Assembly (NCBI GenBank): GCA_964421995.1
Contig: CAYQYW010000005.1
Location: 2,203-66,202, forward strand
Length of the DNA: 64,000 nucleotides
From: an uncultured Candidatus Saccharibacteria bacterium
GTDB taxonomy: Bacteria > Patescibacteriota > Minisyncoccia > Phycocordibacterales > CAYQYW01
Direction of reading: 5' to 3'
The position numbers and the translations under genes were made by a program. The notes beneath the pieces were generated by a model. It saw nothing but the letters and a program-made list of their open reading frames with translations, did no database searches and was not told the DNA's origin. Below, piece by piece: positions 54,153 to 64,000 of this stretch. The first letter of the stretch is position 1. Each line of letters begins with the position of its first letter.

Positions 54153-56112
54153 ACTTATATCAGACTACCTACCTGCTGGAGATCAGGTGGAAGCAATAAA
54201 AAAACTCATTGCTGGAATTGATAAACAACATCAGACGCTTTTAGGTGTGACAGGGTCTGGAAAGACGTTTACCATTGCAAACGTAATAGAAAACGTGCAG
54301 AAGCCAACACTTATTATTGCTCATAATAAAACATTGGCTGCGCAGCTTGCGCTTGAGTTTCGAGAGTTTTTTCCAAATAATGCAGTACATTACTTTGTTT
54401 CGTACTATGACTACTACCAACCAGAAGCCTATGTACCCGTAAGTGATACCTATATCGAAAAAGAGGCGCAGATTAATGAAGAGATTGATCGATTACGACA
54501 TGCAAGTACACAAGCGCTCCTTTCTCGGAAAGACGTAATTATTGTTGCTTCTGTTTCGTGCATCTATGGACTTGGTTCACCCCTAGAATACAAGAAAGTA
54601 CATATTGAGTTAAAGGTGGGAGGCATCGTCAATCGTACCGAGTTGATACGAAATCTAGTGCGGGTCTATTTTGAGAGGACAAATGCTGATTTACTGCCAG
54701 GGAAATTCCGATCAATTGGAAACACTGTTGAAATTATGCCTACTGCTGAAAAAGTAATTTACCGAGTTTCATTTTCTGGGCCTTTGATTGTGGCAATTAC
54801 AAAACTAAATGCAGTATCGCGTAGTGTGATCGAAGAAGTTGATTCCTATTTTCTCTTTCCTGCAAAACATTTTATAACTCCTAAAGCAGAGCGAAAAAGG
54901 GCGACTCGAGATATACAAAAAGAATTAGACGCGCGCTTGAAAGTGTTTGATGCTGAGGGAAAGATTCTTGAGGCTGAGCGGCTAAAAAGAAGAACAAACT
55001 ATGACTTGGCACTGATTAAGGAAATTGGATATTGTAATGGCATTGAGAATTACTCACGGCATTTTGATGGAAGGATGGAAGGGGAGCCAGCACATACATT
55101 GCTTTCCTATTTTCCAAAAGATTTCCTAACGGTTATTGATGAATCCCACGTTACGGTGCCGCAGATTGGAGGAATGTATGCAGGAGACCGATCACGAAAA
55201 AATACTTTAGTAGAGCATGGATTTCGTCTTCCTTCTGCGGTAGACAACAGACCCTTAACTTTTGATGAGTTTGAAGAGCGTGTTGGTTCAACCATATATA
55301 CGAGCGCCACGCCAGGTGTCTATGAGTTGGAGCATAGTGGTGAAGTGGTGGAGCAGATCATTCGGCCAACAGGACTTCTTGATCCAAAGATTGAAATTGT
55401 TCCTCTAGAAAATCAAGTGAAGCACTTCATTACTGAAGTAGAAAAAGAAATAAAGAAGGGAGGCAGAATACTGGTAACCACACTAACGAAAAAAATGTCA
55501 GAAGACTTGAGTGAATTCTTTAAGGAGAAGAAAATTAAGTCAGAGTATCTCCACAGTGATGTGAAGACCATTGATAGGATTATTACCTTAACAGATTTCA
55601 GGAAAGGGAAGTTTGATGTGTTGGTTGGGGTGAATTTACTTCGAGAGGGGTTAGATTTACCTGAAGTTACGTTGGTTGGAATACTAGACGCTGACAAAGA
55701 AGGATTCTTACGTTCTGAAACGTCACTCGTTCAAACAATTGGTAGGGCTGCTAGAAATGTCTCTGGTCGTGTGATTCTCTACGCTGACAAGATTACTGGG
55801 TCAATTGAGAGGGCTGTTGCTGAAACGAATAGAAGAAGGAAAATTCAAGAGGTATATAACAAGAAGCATGGCATCACACCCAAGACAATTACCAAAGCAA
55901 TTAAAGATATTACTGATCAAATGCAGTCAGAGCATCAAAGGACAGTGTCTACGTTGCTGATGGTAGATCGTGAGCTATACAAGAAAAACCCTAAGAAGCT
56001 CATTAAGCAAAAAGAACGACAAATGAATGCCGCAGTGAAGATTCTTGATTTTGAAACTGCTGCGATATTACGGGATGAGATTCGAGAGTTGGAAGAAGAA
56101 AGGTATAACTAA
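54145..56112 (+). CDS. uvrB: Excinuclease ABC subunit B
   Basis: 655 aa. GVTGSGKTFT Walker A, helicase motifs, C-terminal UVR domain (ILRDEIRELEEERY). Confidence 0.95.
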   Translation: MFKLISDYLPAGDQVEAIKKLIAGIDKQHQTLLGVTGSGKTFTIANVIENVQKPTLIIAHNKTLAAQLALEFREFFPNNAVHYFVSYYDYYQPEAYVPVSDTYIEKEAQINEEIDRLRHASTQALLSRKDVIIVASVSCIYGLGSPLEYKKVHIELKVGGIVNRTELIRNLVRVYFERTNADLLPGKFRSIGNTVEIMPTAEKVIYRVSFSGPLIVAITKLNAVSRSVIEEVDSYFLFPAKHFITPKAERKRATRDIQKELDARLKVFDAEGKILEAERLKRRTNYDLALIKEIGYCNGIENYSRHFDGRMEGEPAHTLLSYFPKDFLTVIDESHVTVPQIGGMYAGDRSRKNTLVEHGFRLPSAVDNRPLTFDEFEERVGSTIYTSATPGVYELEHSGEVVEQIIRPTGLLDPKIEIVPLENQVKHFITEVEKEIKKGGRILVTTLTKKMSEDLSEFFKEKKIKSEYLHSDVKTIDRIITLTDFRKGKFDVLVGVNLLREGLDLPEVTLVGILDADKEGFLRSETSLVQTIGRAARNVSGRVILYADKITGSIERAVAETNRRRKIQEVYNKKHGITPKTITKAIKDITDQMQSEHQRTVSTLLMVDRELYKKNPKKLIKQKERQMNAAVKILDFETAAILRDEIRELEEERYN

Positions 56113-56306
56113 CGTGAGTGTTTAATAGCTGAAAGCGCTAGGATAAAAGCAGTAGGTACTGCTACCCAACTTACCCAAAAAGGTATGAGAGTTCCATTCA
56201 CCGCAAGCTCCCATCCATTGTATGCTCTCACTCCATGGAGGAGTCCTACAAATGTAAAGATTACTCCACTGACAATTATATAGAATTGTTTACTTATGTG
56301 TATCAT
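56109..56306 (-). CDS. Hypothetical two-TM small membrane protein
   Basis: 65 aa ORF between uvrB and uvrA. Two hydrophobic segments. Confidence 0.25.
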   Translation of the reverse strand: MIHISKQFYIIVSGVIFTFVGLLHGVRAYNGWELAVNGTLIPFWVSWVAVPTAFILALSAIKHSR

Positions 56307-56414
56307 TACTTTAGTATACTACTCTCCAGTAATCTTGTAAGTGGATAGTTCCTTTGCTATAGTGCATACATCCCCACTCACGGGGAGATTTAGCGTATAG
56401 CCATAGGGCACAGG

Positions 56415-58988
56415 ATGGAAAGCAAGAAAATAATAATAAAAGGGGCAAAAACACATAATCTAAAGAATGTGACGGTGGAGATGCCTCGAAATAAAATGAT
56501 TGTATTTACAGGGCTCTCAGGTTCTGGTAAATCTTCATTGGCGTTTGATACGATCTTTGCGGAAGGGCAGAGAAGGTATGTGGAGTCTTTGTCAGCGTAC
56601 GCTCGACAGTTTTTGAATCAGATGCAGAAGCCAGATGTAGAGGAGACGATTGGACTTTCCCCCGCTATTTCAATAGACCAAAAGAGTAGATCAAATAATC
56701 CTCGATCAACGGTTGCGACGATTACGGAAATTTACGACTATCTGCGAATTCTCTACGCGAGAGTTGGGCAGCCCTACTGTTTAAATGATGATGTTATTAT
56801 TAAACGACTCACGAAGGAGGAAATTATTAAGATCATCATTACAAAAATTGAGAAAACTAATCTTACTACAAAAAAAGCGCTCGGTATTGAATATAGTGAT
56901 CAAAAGATTTCAATCTATGCACCTGTGGTAGTTGGAAGAAAAGGTGAATATTATCAGCTTTTGTATGACCTTCTAGGAAAGGGATTTGAGTATGTAATGG
57001 TTGACGGAAAGAAATTTGCACTTCGAGAGAAAATTACGCTTACCAAAACAAAAAAACATGACATCGATGTACTTGTTGATGAGGTGTACGTCAGTGAGTT
57101 TAAAGAGAGTAAAGAAAACACACACGAGAGACTATCAGAGGCGATTGAGTTGTCGCTGGAAGAGGCAGATGGATTGATTAAAATTGTTAATGTTGATGGA
57201 ACTGAAGAGATTCTCTCTGCCAAGTTTATTTGTCCTATTGATGGATCTTCTTTTCCTGAGATAGAACCACGACTGTTTTCCTTTAACTCGCCGTACGGGG
57301 CGTGCCCAGAATGTAATGGTTTAGGAACTGCAGGATTTTTTAACCATGAAATATGTTCGGTGTGCCATGGAGCACGCCTTCGACCTGAGGCACTACGAGT
57401 ATACATTTCAAACGATAACGGAATCGGAAAGAATGTTGTTGATCTCACCAGTCTTTCAATTAAAGATGCAAAAGATTTCATTGATACCATTGAGTTAACT
57501 GAACAACAGAAGGAAATTTCTAACGTAGTGGTGAAAGAAATACAGAATCGTCTTCAGTTTATGATTAATGTTGGAATTGAGTACCTGGCGCTTGATCGAC
57601 GTGCCAACACGCTTTCAGGTGGAGAGGCACAACGAATACGATTGGCCTCTCAACTAGGCTCTGGGTTAGTTGGAGCGATGTATATACTTGATGAGCCAAC
57701 TATTGGATTGCACCAGAAAGACAATGATCGATTAATCAAAACACTAATAACATTAAGAGATTTAGGTAACACCATTATTGTGGTGGAGCACGATGAAGAT
57801 ACTATTTTTGCAGCAGACTACCTAGTAGATATTGGACCGGGTGCAGGAGTGCATGGTGGAGAGATTGTAGTTTCCGGAGATTTAGAAAAACTACTCACTG
57901 CAAAGACAAATCCATCAAAGTCGATAACACTTGATTACCTTCGAGGAGACAAGGTAATTGAAGTTCCGAAAACTCGAAGGAGCTCAAATAAAGGTACCCT
58001 TAAAATCCGTGGCGGAAAGATATTTAATATTAAAAACATGAATATTGATGTACCGCTTGGACGACTGATAATGATTACTGGTGTGTCTGGATCAGGTAAG
58101 TCTACTTTCATGTATGAAATTTTGAATAAGAATCTCCGAGCACGATTCGATCGGAAGTATAGAACAAATAAAGTATTTAACTGCAAGCGTTTTGAGGGAA
58201 GTGAATATGTTGGAAGAACAATTTTGATTGACCAGTCTCCGATTGGAAGAACACCGCGTTCAAACCCAGCTACCTACACGGGCGCGTTTACCCACATTAG
58301 AGATTTGTTCTCTGCTACCGAAGAAGCACGAGCACGAGGGTGGAAGCCAGGCCGATTTTCTTTCAACGTGAAGGGTGGACGGTGTGAAGCATGTCAGGGT
58401 AATGGACTAATTGCAGTAGAGATGCATTTTCTACCGACGGTATACGTAACCTGTGATATTTGTAATGGAAAGCGGTTCATGAAAGAAACGCTGAGCGTGT
58501 TGTACAAAAAGAAAAGCATTCATGATGTGTTAAAGATGACTGCCGAAGAAGGGCTAGAGTTTTTCAAAGATATCCCTGCAATCTATGATCGACTGAAAAC
58601 ATTAAATGATGTTGGTCTTGGATACCTGGAGCTTGGGCAATCTGCAAAGACACTTTCTGGCGGAGAGGCACAGCGAGTGAAGATATCTTCAGAGTTATAC
58701 CGACAGCATACACAAAAAACCATCTATCTTCTTGATGAGCCAACTATTGGACTGCATTATGAGGATGTCAAAAAGTTGATTGAAATTTTACAAGAACTAG
58801 TAAATAGAGGAAATACGGTAATGGTGATTGAGCATAGTATGGACATCATTAAAAGTGCCGATTATGTTATTGATATTGGCCCAGATGGGGGAGTGAATGG
58901 TGGAACTATTGTTGCAAAGGGAACTCCAGAGGAAGTCGCGAGGACGAAGGGGTCTCATACGGCAAAATATCTAAAGAAGGTGTTATAA
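56415..58988 (+). CDS. uvrA: Excinuclease ABC subunit A
   Basis: 857 aa. Two ABC modules ([14 protein letters not shown]..., [14 protein letters not shown]...), LSGGEAQR signatures, zinc-finger Cys clusters. Confidence 0.95.
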   Translation: MESKKIIIKGAKTHNLKNVTVEMPRNKMIVFTGLSGSGKSSLAFDTIFAEGQRRYVESLSAYARQFLNQMQKPDVEETIGLSPAISIDQKSRSNNPRSTVATITEIYDYLRILYARVGQPYCLNDDVIIKRLTKEEIIKIIITKIEKTNLTTKKALGIEYSDQKISIYAPVVVGRKGEYYQLLYDLLGKGFEYVMVDGKKFALREKITLTKTKKHDIDVLVDEVYVSEFKESKENTHERLSEAIELSLEEADGLIKIVNVDGTEEILSAKFICPIDGSSFPEIEPRLFSFNSPYGACPECNGLGTAGFFNHEICSVCHGARLRPEALRVYISNDNGIGKNVVDLTSLSIKDAKDFIDTIELTEQQKEISNVVVKEIQNRLQFMINVGIEYLALDRRANTLSGGEAQRIRLASQLGSGLVGAMYILDEPTIGLHQKDNDRLIKTLITLRDLGNTIIVVEHDEDTIFAADYLVDIGPGAGVHGGEIVVSGDLEKLLTAKTNPSKSITLDYLRGDKVIEVPKTRRSSNKGTLKIRGGKIFNIKNMNIDVPLGRLIMITGVSGSGKSTFMYEILNKNLRARFDRKYRTNKVFNCKRFEGSEYVGRTILIDQSPIGRTPRSNPATYTGAFTHIRDLFSATEEARARGWKPGRFSFNVKGGRCEACQGNGLIAVEMHFLPTVYVTCDICNGKRFMKETLSVLYKKKSIHDVLKMTAEEGLEFFKDIPAIYDRLKTLNDVGLGYLELGQSAKTLSGGEAQRVKISSELYRQHTQKTIYLLDEPTIGLHYEDVKKLIEILQELVNRGNTVMVIEHSMDIIKSADYVIDIGPDGGVNGGTIVAKGTPEEVARTKGSHTAKYLKKVL

Positions 58989-59084
58989 GCTTATGTAAAT
59001 TGTTTGACAAAAATAATCTATATGTTACATTTAGCTCTTAGTATTTAATTACATAATATGAGTATATTTGAAAGGAAAGGAAAG

Positions 59085-59189
59085 ATGGGAGTTGGGTGTA
59101 CTCCAAAGATGGGGCACTGTGGACGTGGGCTCTATTGCAGCGTAGAAACTAGAACCTGCCAGCCAAAAAATACAAAAAGAGAAAACTAG
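59085..59189 (+). CDS. Unannotated 34-aa cysteine-rich mini-protein
   Basis: MGVGCTPKMGHCGRGLYCSVETRTCQPKNTKREN. Four Cys. Preceded by the purine-rich GGAAAGGAAAG, Shine-Dalgarno-like. Lies in the uvrA-uvrC intergenic region. Alternative upstream start at 59058. Confidence 0.3.
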   Translation: MGVGCTPKMGHCGRGLYCSVETRTCQPKNTKREN

Positions 59190-59264
59190 TATCAAGGAAT
59201 TCTAAAAACTTGATTGATTAACAATACCTGCTCTAACAAGTAGGTTTTGCTATAGTATACAAGT

Positions 59265-60431
59265 ATGAAATTAGATTTACCTGACAGTCCAGGAGTGTAT
59301 TTCTTTATTGGTCCCCACAGTGAAATTCTGTACATTGGCAAGGCTACTTCATTGAAGAGTAGGGTAAAGAGCTACTTTACTACGGACATTGCGGTAAAAC
59401 GAAGCGTGCTTATCGTCCAGATGATAGAGAAGGCGATAAACGTTGAGTATAAAGAAACTGACTCTGTTTTGGAGGCGTTGCTACTAGAAGCAAATTTAAT
59501 AAAGAGACACAAACCTAAATACAATTCAATCCAGAAGGATGACAAGAGTTTTAATTACGTTGTATTCACGAAGGAGAAATACCCAAGAGTTTTAATTGTA
59601 CGAGAAAAAGATTTAGGAAATTTTAATCCAAAGTATTTGTTTGGACCCTTTCCTCATGGGGGGCAATTAAAAGAAGCATTAAAAATAATTAGAAAGATTT
59701 TCCCCTTTTTTGACACAAGAAGACCGCTTGAGGATATGAACGCACAACAACTTACCTTTAATCAGGAGATTGGATTGTATCCTAAGGAAGTGAGTGACTA
59801 CGGAAGGACCATTACTCACTTAAAATTATTCTTCGAGGGGAAAAAGAAAACACTGCTTCGGAGACTTGATAAGATCATGCTGGAGCATGCGAAGAAGCGT
59901 GAGTTTGAAATGGCGATGGTGGTAAGGAAGCAGATTTTTGCATTACATCACATACAAGATGTTTCCTTGATTAAAGAGGAAATGGCTACTCCAAAGGAGT
60001 ACTTTAGAATTGAGGCATATGATGTAGCGCATATGAGCGGGAAGAATACGGTTGGTGTAATGACGGTTGTTGAAGACGGGGAACTGAAAAAGGGAGGATA
60101 TCGGAAGTTTAAAATCTCCATTGATCAAAATAATGATATTGCCTCACTCAAAGAATTATTAGAGAGGAGGCTAAACCACGATGAGTGGGTATACCCCAAG
60201 TTGATTGTTGTAGATGGTGGAGTTGCTCATAAAAGAGTAGCTGAGTCTGTCTTGCGTAACTACGGATTAGAAATTAGTGTTGTTGCAGTAGTTAAAAATG
60301 AAAAACATAAACCAAAAGATATTCTTGGCAGAAAAGAAATAATTAAAAAGTATGATAGAGGAATATTGTTAGCAAATAGCGAGGCACATCGTTTTGCAAT
60401 TTTGTATCATCGGGCATTAAGAAATTATTAA
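59265..60431 (+). CDS. uvrC: Excinuclease ABC subunit C, short form (GIY-YIG plus RNase H-like endonuclease domain, no C-terminal HhH)
   Basis: GIY-YIG GVYFFIG...LYIGKAT. Mid RIEAYDVAHMSG (DxH endonuclease-V-like motif). Confidence 0.8.
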   Translation: MKLDLPDSPGVYFFIGPHSEILYIGKATSLKSRVKSYFTTDIAVKRSVLIVQMIEKAINVEYKETDSVLEALLLEANLIKRHKPKYNSIQKDDKSFNYVVFTKEKYPRVLIVREKDLGNFNPKYLFGPFPHGGQLKEALKIIRKIFPFFDTRRPLEDMNAQQLTFNQEIGLYPKEVSDYGRTITHLKLFFEGKKKTLLRRLDKIMLEHAKKREFEMAMVVRKQIFALHHIQDVSLIKEEMATPKEYFRIEAYDVAHMSGKNTVGVMTVVEDGELKKGGYRKFKISIDQNNDIASLKELLERRLNHDEWVYPKLIVVDGGVAHKRVAESVLRNYGLEISVVAVVKNEKHKPKDILGRKEIIKKYDRGILLANSEAHRFAILYHRALRNY

Positions 60432-60579
60432 TATACATACGTATATAGTTCTTTCTGTGGTTCAGACCAGGGAATCATTAATGGTAGTTTAATAGTAGGG
60501 GTCGTGCCAACATTTAAAAAACAATAATTCGGGGATAACTTCATACACAAACGTATAGCACTCCTGGTATTATTTCACT

Positions 60580-61494
60580 ATGGAAGAAGATATAAATATC
60601 TCGTCGGAACCTGCACAAAAGGAAAGCATGTTCCCGCCATTTATTCTTGTTGCATTAGTTATTGTCGGAATTATTGTAGTGATTTTTATTCTTCTGAGAT
60701 TTGATAATGGTCAATCTTCATCGTTTAATATTCCAACTGATACTAATCACGTCATTCTATATGACAACAATACACTCTATGCGTTTGAGCCTGTCTCTGG
60801 TGAGTTAAAAGAACTTGGAACTTTTTTACTTGAGGGAGGAGAAATAAATGAAGCGGCATTATCCTCTGATTTAGTAAGTATTTTGCTTTCATCAAGCGGT
60901 AGCATTTTACAGTTCACTTCGTTTACAAGTGGTGAAGTTATTGGAACAAGTGCAGGCAAAATAAAAGATATAGCAATTTCAAATAAGTTAGTCTTGTTTT
61001 CTTCAGGAGAATTAAATGATAGAAATGAACGAAGTGTGTACAAGATACAAGACAAAGAAATAGAAATATTTGATCTTGGAAGTACTCCATTTTTCCTTAA
61101 TGATGGAGCGTATGCTGCACTTGGTACCTCTGATGGGTTTAGATTATTTGATTTTGAATTTGGGGACTACCTTGATACCGAAACACCAACCATTCCGGTT
61201 GCCAGTACGATACAGCCATCTAGGTCTGGGAATAAAATTGCACTAGTGAGCACTAATAACTCAGTTCATATATACAGTGTGCTTTCTCTGCGACCACTTA
61301 GCTTACTCGAGGACTTTTTTTTAGTGATCCCAGGTGTGTATGATGCTGCGGTGTCAGATGATGGAAGGATTGCATTATTAAAACGTTTAAATGAAAGAAC
61401 ATATATATCAGTTTGGACTTCAAACAATAAAGAATTATTAAGCAAAGAATTGCCCGTGAGCAAGAATGCAAAAATGTTATTATGGAGTAAATAA
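60580..61494 (+). CDS. Membrane-anchored beta-propeller-like (TolB/WD40-like) protein
   Basis: N-terminal TM helix, then repeated beta-strand-rich about 40-aa segments (LVLFSS..., AALGTSDGFRLFDF..., IALVSTNNSVHIYSV..., IALLKRLNERTYISVW...). Confidence 0.35.
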   Translation: MEEDINISSEPAQKESMFPPFILVALVIVGIIVVIFILLRFDNGQSSSFNIPTDTNHVILYDNNTLYAFEPVSGELKELGTFLLEGGEINEAALSSDLVSILLSSSGSILQFTSFTSGEVIGTSAGKIKDIAISNKLVLFSSGELNDRNERSVYKIQDKEIEIFDLGSTPFFLNDGAYAALGTSDGFRLFDFEFGDYLDTETPTIPVASTIQPSRSGNKIALVSTNNSVHIYSVLSLRPLSLLEDFFLVIPGVYDAAVSDDGRIALLKRLNERTYISVWTSNNKELLSKELPVSKNAKMLLWSK

Positions 61495-61495
61495 T

Positions 61496-63529
61496 ATGAA
61501 TATACGTAAAGGAAAATTTATAATCGCATTGTTTCTACTTCTATCGATGTTTGTTGCGTCCGATGCTGATGCAAGACGATCTATATTTGGTAATGGCGGT
61601 GAACCGATTTTTGCGGGAACTAGTATCACCAATCCAGAAACGACTTGCCCAGCTGGATATGATTTTTTTGAAACAGTTGATAACCCGTATTCGTTGGAGA
61701 GTTCTGGTACGGGTCCACTGTATGTTGGTTCTGGAGTTTTAATGATCTGTGTGAAAAGTGATCTGTGTGATCAATATGGTAATGGGTGGCCTCACATTGG
61801 TATAGACACCGAAGTAGATGCTCGAGTTGCGCCGTGCGGTATTGTTACTAGTACAACCGCGACACTTGTTGCAAATTCTTCGGCGATTAATGTTGGAAAT
61901 GCTTCAACACTTACCTGGGGTAGTTCTGGAGCAACAAGCTGCGCTGGTTCTGGTTTTCTAACAGGAGGAGCGTTGTCTGGAAGCGTTAGTGTTTTGCCAA
62001 ACATTACCACTACGTATTCAGTGACTTGTACTGGCTCATCGGGGTCTGCGATTGCAACTGCTCAGGTTTCGGTTTCAGCATCTCTAGATTTAGTTGCAGG
62101 AAGACCAACTTTGAAAACAGGTAATTTAAATGGAGCGGGTAAACAAGTATCGTTTGAATCAGTTATTTCTAATATGGGGGACGCACGTGCCCTAGGTGAA
62201 ATACTAAATGTATTTGAGTTAGATATTAATAATGACGGAAGCTTTGATGTGCTCCTTACTTCGGATTCTCTTTCTGATCTTGATGGCAAAAATAGCAAAA
62301 AAATATCATCAACAAATTGGACGACCGTTCTTGGCACACATTCCATTCGAGCTGTTGTGGATGTTGGTTCTGCAACAAGAAGAACTGAAGGTGAGTTGAG
62401 GACATATGCATGTCCGGCCACAACTGCGCTTTGTGGTCCATTCTGCATTCCTGAGCTTAATGATGGAGGAGGACCTAGCATAGTATGTAGTGTTCCAACG
62501 ATGATGTTGGTAGCAGACGATAGTTCAATTACTGTTGGTGAATCAACAGATATTTCTATACAGGATCCAAAGAATGAACAGTTGTGTACTGCGGTGCAAA
62601 GGGAATTAAATCCTCTTCTGTCTGGTCAGGGATCAGTAACCGTTTCTCCAATGGTTACTACAACGTATCGATTAGACTGCGAAGATGGATATGGTGGAGT
62701 ATATTCTCCGACAGTTAAGGTTGTTGTTTCTGGTCAAACTACCAGTACCTGGGAGTATTTTGATACCGACTATACAGATTTTTGGTGCCCTATAACTGAT
62801 ATAAACAACGCATATCAAAGTCTGTCGGTATGTCCAGATGATCCAGAAGGAAAGATTTGCTCTGAGCCGAGCCTATGCAAAATTAATAGCATTAATAATA
62901 GTTGTGTAATTAAGACAATACTGTATGTCTGCGACGCGGATGGTAGTACTGGTGGTTCAGGGAGTACCGGAACTACTAATCCCGGAAGTATTGTTGAAGT
63001 AAATGAATTAAATAATACAAGTTCAACATATGTATTTACAGTGGGTGAACCTCAATGTTCTGATGGTATTGATAATGATGGTGACGGAGATATTGATTAT
63101 CCAAATGATGTTTCGTGTTCAGGGGCGAGCGATTTAACTGAAGGTCTACCAACACAGTGTTCTGATGGTATTGATAACGATAGTGATGGAGATATAGATC
63201 TTGCTGATGCTGGATGTAGTTCTGCTGGAGATAATAGTGAAGCTCAATCAGCTATCTTAAATCCAACGGTAGATATTGCAACCGTACCACCTGTTGCACT
63301 GGTTAGAAAAAGAGCTCAAATAACTGTTGTTTGGACAGCACGTGATGTTAGTTCATGTGTGGTAACTGGCCCATCGGTTGCCGAATCATACAGCACGACA
63401 AGAGTTAGTGGTCAGCAACGAGTGGCGATTAATGAAAAAAGCACGTACACCATTACCTGCAATTCAGACACGGGAGTAATTAGTGACAGTGTTACTGTTG
63501 GTATTGCCCCATCATTTAAAGAGGAATAA
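61496..63529 (+). CDS. Large secreted Cys-rich surface protein with Ig-like beta repeats and two TSP3-like calcium-binding repeats
   Basis: Signal peptide (MNIRKGKFIIALFLLLSMFVASDADA). Gly/Ser/Thr-rich beta repeats with TLTWGSSGATSCAGSG and TTTYSVTCTG. Two copies of QCSDGIDNDGDGDID...D...C near the C-terminus. Start set at MNIRK (61496). Confidence 0.45.
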   Translation: MNIRKGKFIIALFLLLSMFVASDADARRSIFGNGGEPIFAGTSITNPETTCPAGYDFFETVDNPYSLESSGTGPLYVGSGVLMICVKSDLCDQYGNGWPHIGIDTEVDARVAPCGIVTSTTATLVANSSAINVGNASTLTWGSSGATSCAGSGFLTGGALSGSVSVLPNITTTYSVTCTGSSGSAIATAQVSVSASLDLVAGRPTLKTGNLNGAGKQVSFESVISNMGDARALGEILNVFELDINNDGSFDVLLTSDSLSDLDGKNSKKISSTNWTTVLGTHSIRAVVDVGSATRRTEGELRTYACPATTALCGPFCIPELNDGGGPSIVCSVPTMMLVADDSSITVGESTDISIQDPKNEQLCTAVQRELNPLLSGQGSVTVSPMVTTTYRLDCEDGYGGVYSPTVKVVVSGQTTSTWEYFDTDYTDFWCPITDINNAYQSLSVCPDDPEGKICSEPSLCKINSINNSCVIKTILYVCDADGSTGGSGSTGTTNPGSIVEVNELNNTSSTYVFTVGEPQCSDGIDNDGDGDIDYPNDVSCSGASDLTEGLPTQCSDGIDNDSDGDIDLADAGCSSAGDNSEAQSAILNPTVDIATVPPVALVRKRAQITVVWTARDVSSCVVTGPSVAESYSTTRVSGQQRVAINEKSTYTITCNSDTGVISDSVTVGIAPSFKEE

Positions 63530-63551
63530 TCAATTGTGATATACTAAACAT

Positions 63552-64000
63552 ATGTCAAAGCATACTGTCGGTGTCTTGCGAGGTGGACCCAGTAATGAAT
63601 ACGATATCTCTCTTATGAGTGGAAGTCGGGTTCTTACTAATCTCTCCTCAGATAAATATAGTGTTCGAGACCTCTTTATTGATAAAGCAGGTGTTTGGCA
63701 CCGAAATGGAAGACCGGTGTCTCCTCAAAAAGCGTTACAGGACATTGATGTTGCTATGATCGCGCTTCATGGTGAGTATGGAGAAGATGGTAAAGTGCAG
63801 CGGCTCCTAGAAAAGTTTGGAGTGCCCTATACGGGATCTAACTCCTTCTCGTCGGTTATTGGAATGAATAAACCACTTGCCAAAGAAAAAGTTTCTATTT
63901 TAACACCACACTACAAGACGCTCGGGGTGACGAACACCTTACACAACGATGTAGTAAATTTATTTAGAAGTTTTCCTATGCCGTGCGTTATTAAACCCAC
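63552..64000 (+). CDS. ddl: D-alanine--D-alanine ligase, N-terminal part; the gene continues past the window end
   Basis: VGVLRGGPSNEYDISLMSG, HGEYGEDGKVQ and PCVIKP (ATP-grasp) blocks. Confidence 0.85.
   Translation, partial: MSKHTVGVLRGGPSNEYDISLMSGSRVLTNLSSDKYSVRDLFIDKAGVWHRNGRPVSPQKALQDIDVAMIALHGEYGEDGKVQRLLEKFGVPYTGSNSFSSVIGMNKPLAKEKVSILTPHYKTLGVTNTLHNDVVNLFRSFPMPCVIKP

Noticed and set aside
1-64000. Search for a CRISPR array, rRNA genes, IS elements, transposases or integrases
   Set aside because: No regularly spaced direct repeats of 20-50 bp, no rRNA-like conserved stretches, and no transposase or integrase-like ORFs were seen. The only long repeats are the 65-bp and 89-bp duplications and the tRNA-Gln 3' fragments described above.

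Overview
This 64-kb window reads as a gene-dense, low-GC streamlined bacterial chromosome. Core genes run about 38-42% GC; inserted segments drop to 22-33%. By gene content I infer a Candidate-Phyla-Radiation/Patescibacteria-like organism, with truncated versions of IF2, DnaX, UvrC and S1 and many small secreted or membrane proteins. Housekeeping genes dominate: cell division (ftsZ, ftsA, ftsQ, ddl), translation (pth, rpsA, rpsU, rpmG, infB, rbfA, serS, alaS, a HisRS-like protein, miaA, tgt, dus, ybeY) and DNA metabolism (gyrA, topA, nrdAB, dnaX, dprA, uvrABC, parB). Stress and protein-quality genes (clpB, msrA, peroxiredoxin, rel) and ten tRNAs are also present. tRNAs: a minus-strand cluster of Leu-Lys-Leu-Cys downstream of rbfA, then Tyr, Trp, Leu(CAA) and Gln. 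No rRNA, CRISPR array, transposase or integrase was found. What does not fit the core is listed here. (1) A tandem array of five paralogous small two-helix TrbC/VirB2-like pilin genes, plus a sixth diverged copy 10 kb away. (2) Two NYN-domain (LabA-like nuclease) genes, each in an extremely AT-rich cassette bounded by duplicated host sequence. One is flanked by perfect 65-bp direct repeats of the miaA 5' end. The other lies among degenerate tRNA-Gln 3'-end repeats, near a perfect 89-bp inverted copy of the ftsQ/dus junction. (3) Beside that tRNA-Gln scar sits a low-GC island. It encodes a mini-AlaRS paralog (catalytic plus tRNA-recognition domains only), a Gfo/Idh/MocA oxidoreductase, a 2OG-Fe(II) oxygenase-like protein and a class IV aminotransferase, all directly upstream of the genuine alaS. 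I rank this island as the best candidate for an undescribed system. (4) Two more aaRS-core paralogs: an AsnRS-like AsnA-type protein and a divergent HisRS. (5) Two unannotated Cys-rich mini-ORFs. (6) A Tgt that has lost its zinc-binding cysteines. (7) A large secreted protein with TSP3-like calcium-binding repeats next to a membrane-anchored beta-propeller-like protein.
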